From Phoronis australis (lineage: Eukaryota; Animalia; Phoronida), in NCBI GenBank assembly GCA_002633005.1, contig NMRA01000363.1, positions 119,536-183,535 of the forward strand: DNA of 64,000 nt, given 5' to 3'. Both the position numbers and the translations under genes were made by a program. Each line of letters begins with the position of its first letter. Position 1 is the first letter of the stretch. Below the pieces are notes generated by a model. The model saw only the letters and a list, made by a program, of their open reading frames with translations, searched no databases and was not told where the DNA came from. Shown here one piece after another: positions 63,241 to 64,000 of the stretch.

Positions 63241-64000
63241 GGAGGGGTCCTCTTAAAATATGCTGTACTGCACCGTTTAATCCAGCTCATCACGGTAAGT
63301 GATGTCATCCAATTGACTGAGTGCGTTAGTGGAATCACAGCTCGAGTAGAACTCCATTAGTGATGGTACTAACCATGCACTGGCCACATAACTTGATCGA
63401 CCTCATTTCCCAGTTTTTGCATTTGTGCCACGATAAGACATTTCCCATGTTGGCCGGCCCATTCATGATACGTCCCTGGCAGACATTTTTATTTTAATGG
63501 AGGGTTGACACTTGGTGCACTGGCTTCACCTGGGCTACAACATCAAGCAGTAACCAACCCAAGTTAACCTGAGCTGCAGGTCTGCTTTGCCTGCAACATG
63601 CACATTATGGATTTCTCTGAAAAAGATGGCGCTATTTACCCACAATGCTGTAGAACTGTGTTAGGGCTGTTCCAGCAAAATCTGTATGGGAGGGGGGGGA
63701 AGGCACTTTTATTTCATACCCACCGCCCGTATTTTTCATTTATTTCTCCAACCCATGACCCATAATTTTTTAATTATTTTTAATAGGTTAAAATATAAAA
63801 TCCAACACTTGCAAACAAATTGCCTCCAGGAGGACCTATTAAGAACTTAGATGACTGACAGACAAGAACTAGTTGTCTTGTCCAATATTGTCAAAAACTA
63901 AAGTAGCCTGTGAGCAATACTTTTGGCAGCCACCAGGTGTCTCTGTTCACCATGTGTCTATAATTTCAATGAACATTTTTTTCATTTATAAGGATCTATG

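Overview
This is AT-rich, intron-rich eukaryotic DNA from an invertebrate; the retroelement and gene content suggest a lophotrochozoan such as a mollusc (inference). It is not prokaryotic, so the ORF track mostly catches exon fragments. Three spliced genes can be rebuilt by hand with canonical GT-AG sites and consistent phases. (1) PRCC, minus strand, 7 coding exons at 9442->608, last exon off the left edge. (2) A complete 406-aa alpha-arrestin (ARRDC-type), minus strand, 7 exons at 24287->15184. (3) A ZnT1/SLC30A1-type zinc exporter, plus strand, at least 8 exons at 45528->62725, 3' end not found in the window. The ZnT gene has an in-frame TGA exactly at the conserved Trp of the HEFHVWQL motif and a tandemly duplicated exon 3 at an assembly N. 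The rest is mobile-element debris: an RTE-X/CR1-like LINE, a copia remnant with an RNase H LINE nested between pol and the PPT/LTR, a Penelope GIY-YIG fragment, a tRNA-SINE, nested TIR elements, CAG-terminal MITEs with 5-bp TSDs, a Helentron-like array of co-oriented CTCF-like motifs, and minisatellites. No rRNA, tRNA gene or CRISPR array was seen.
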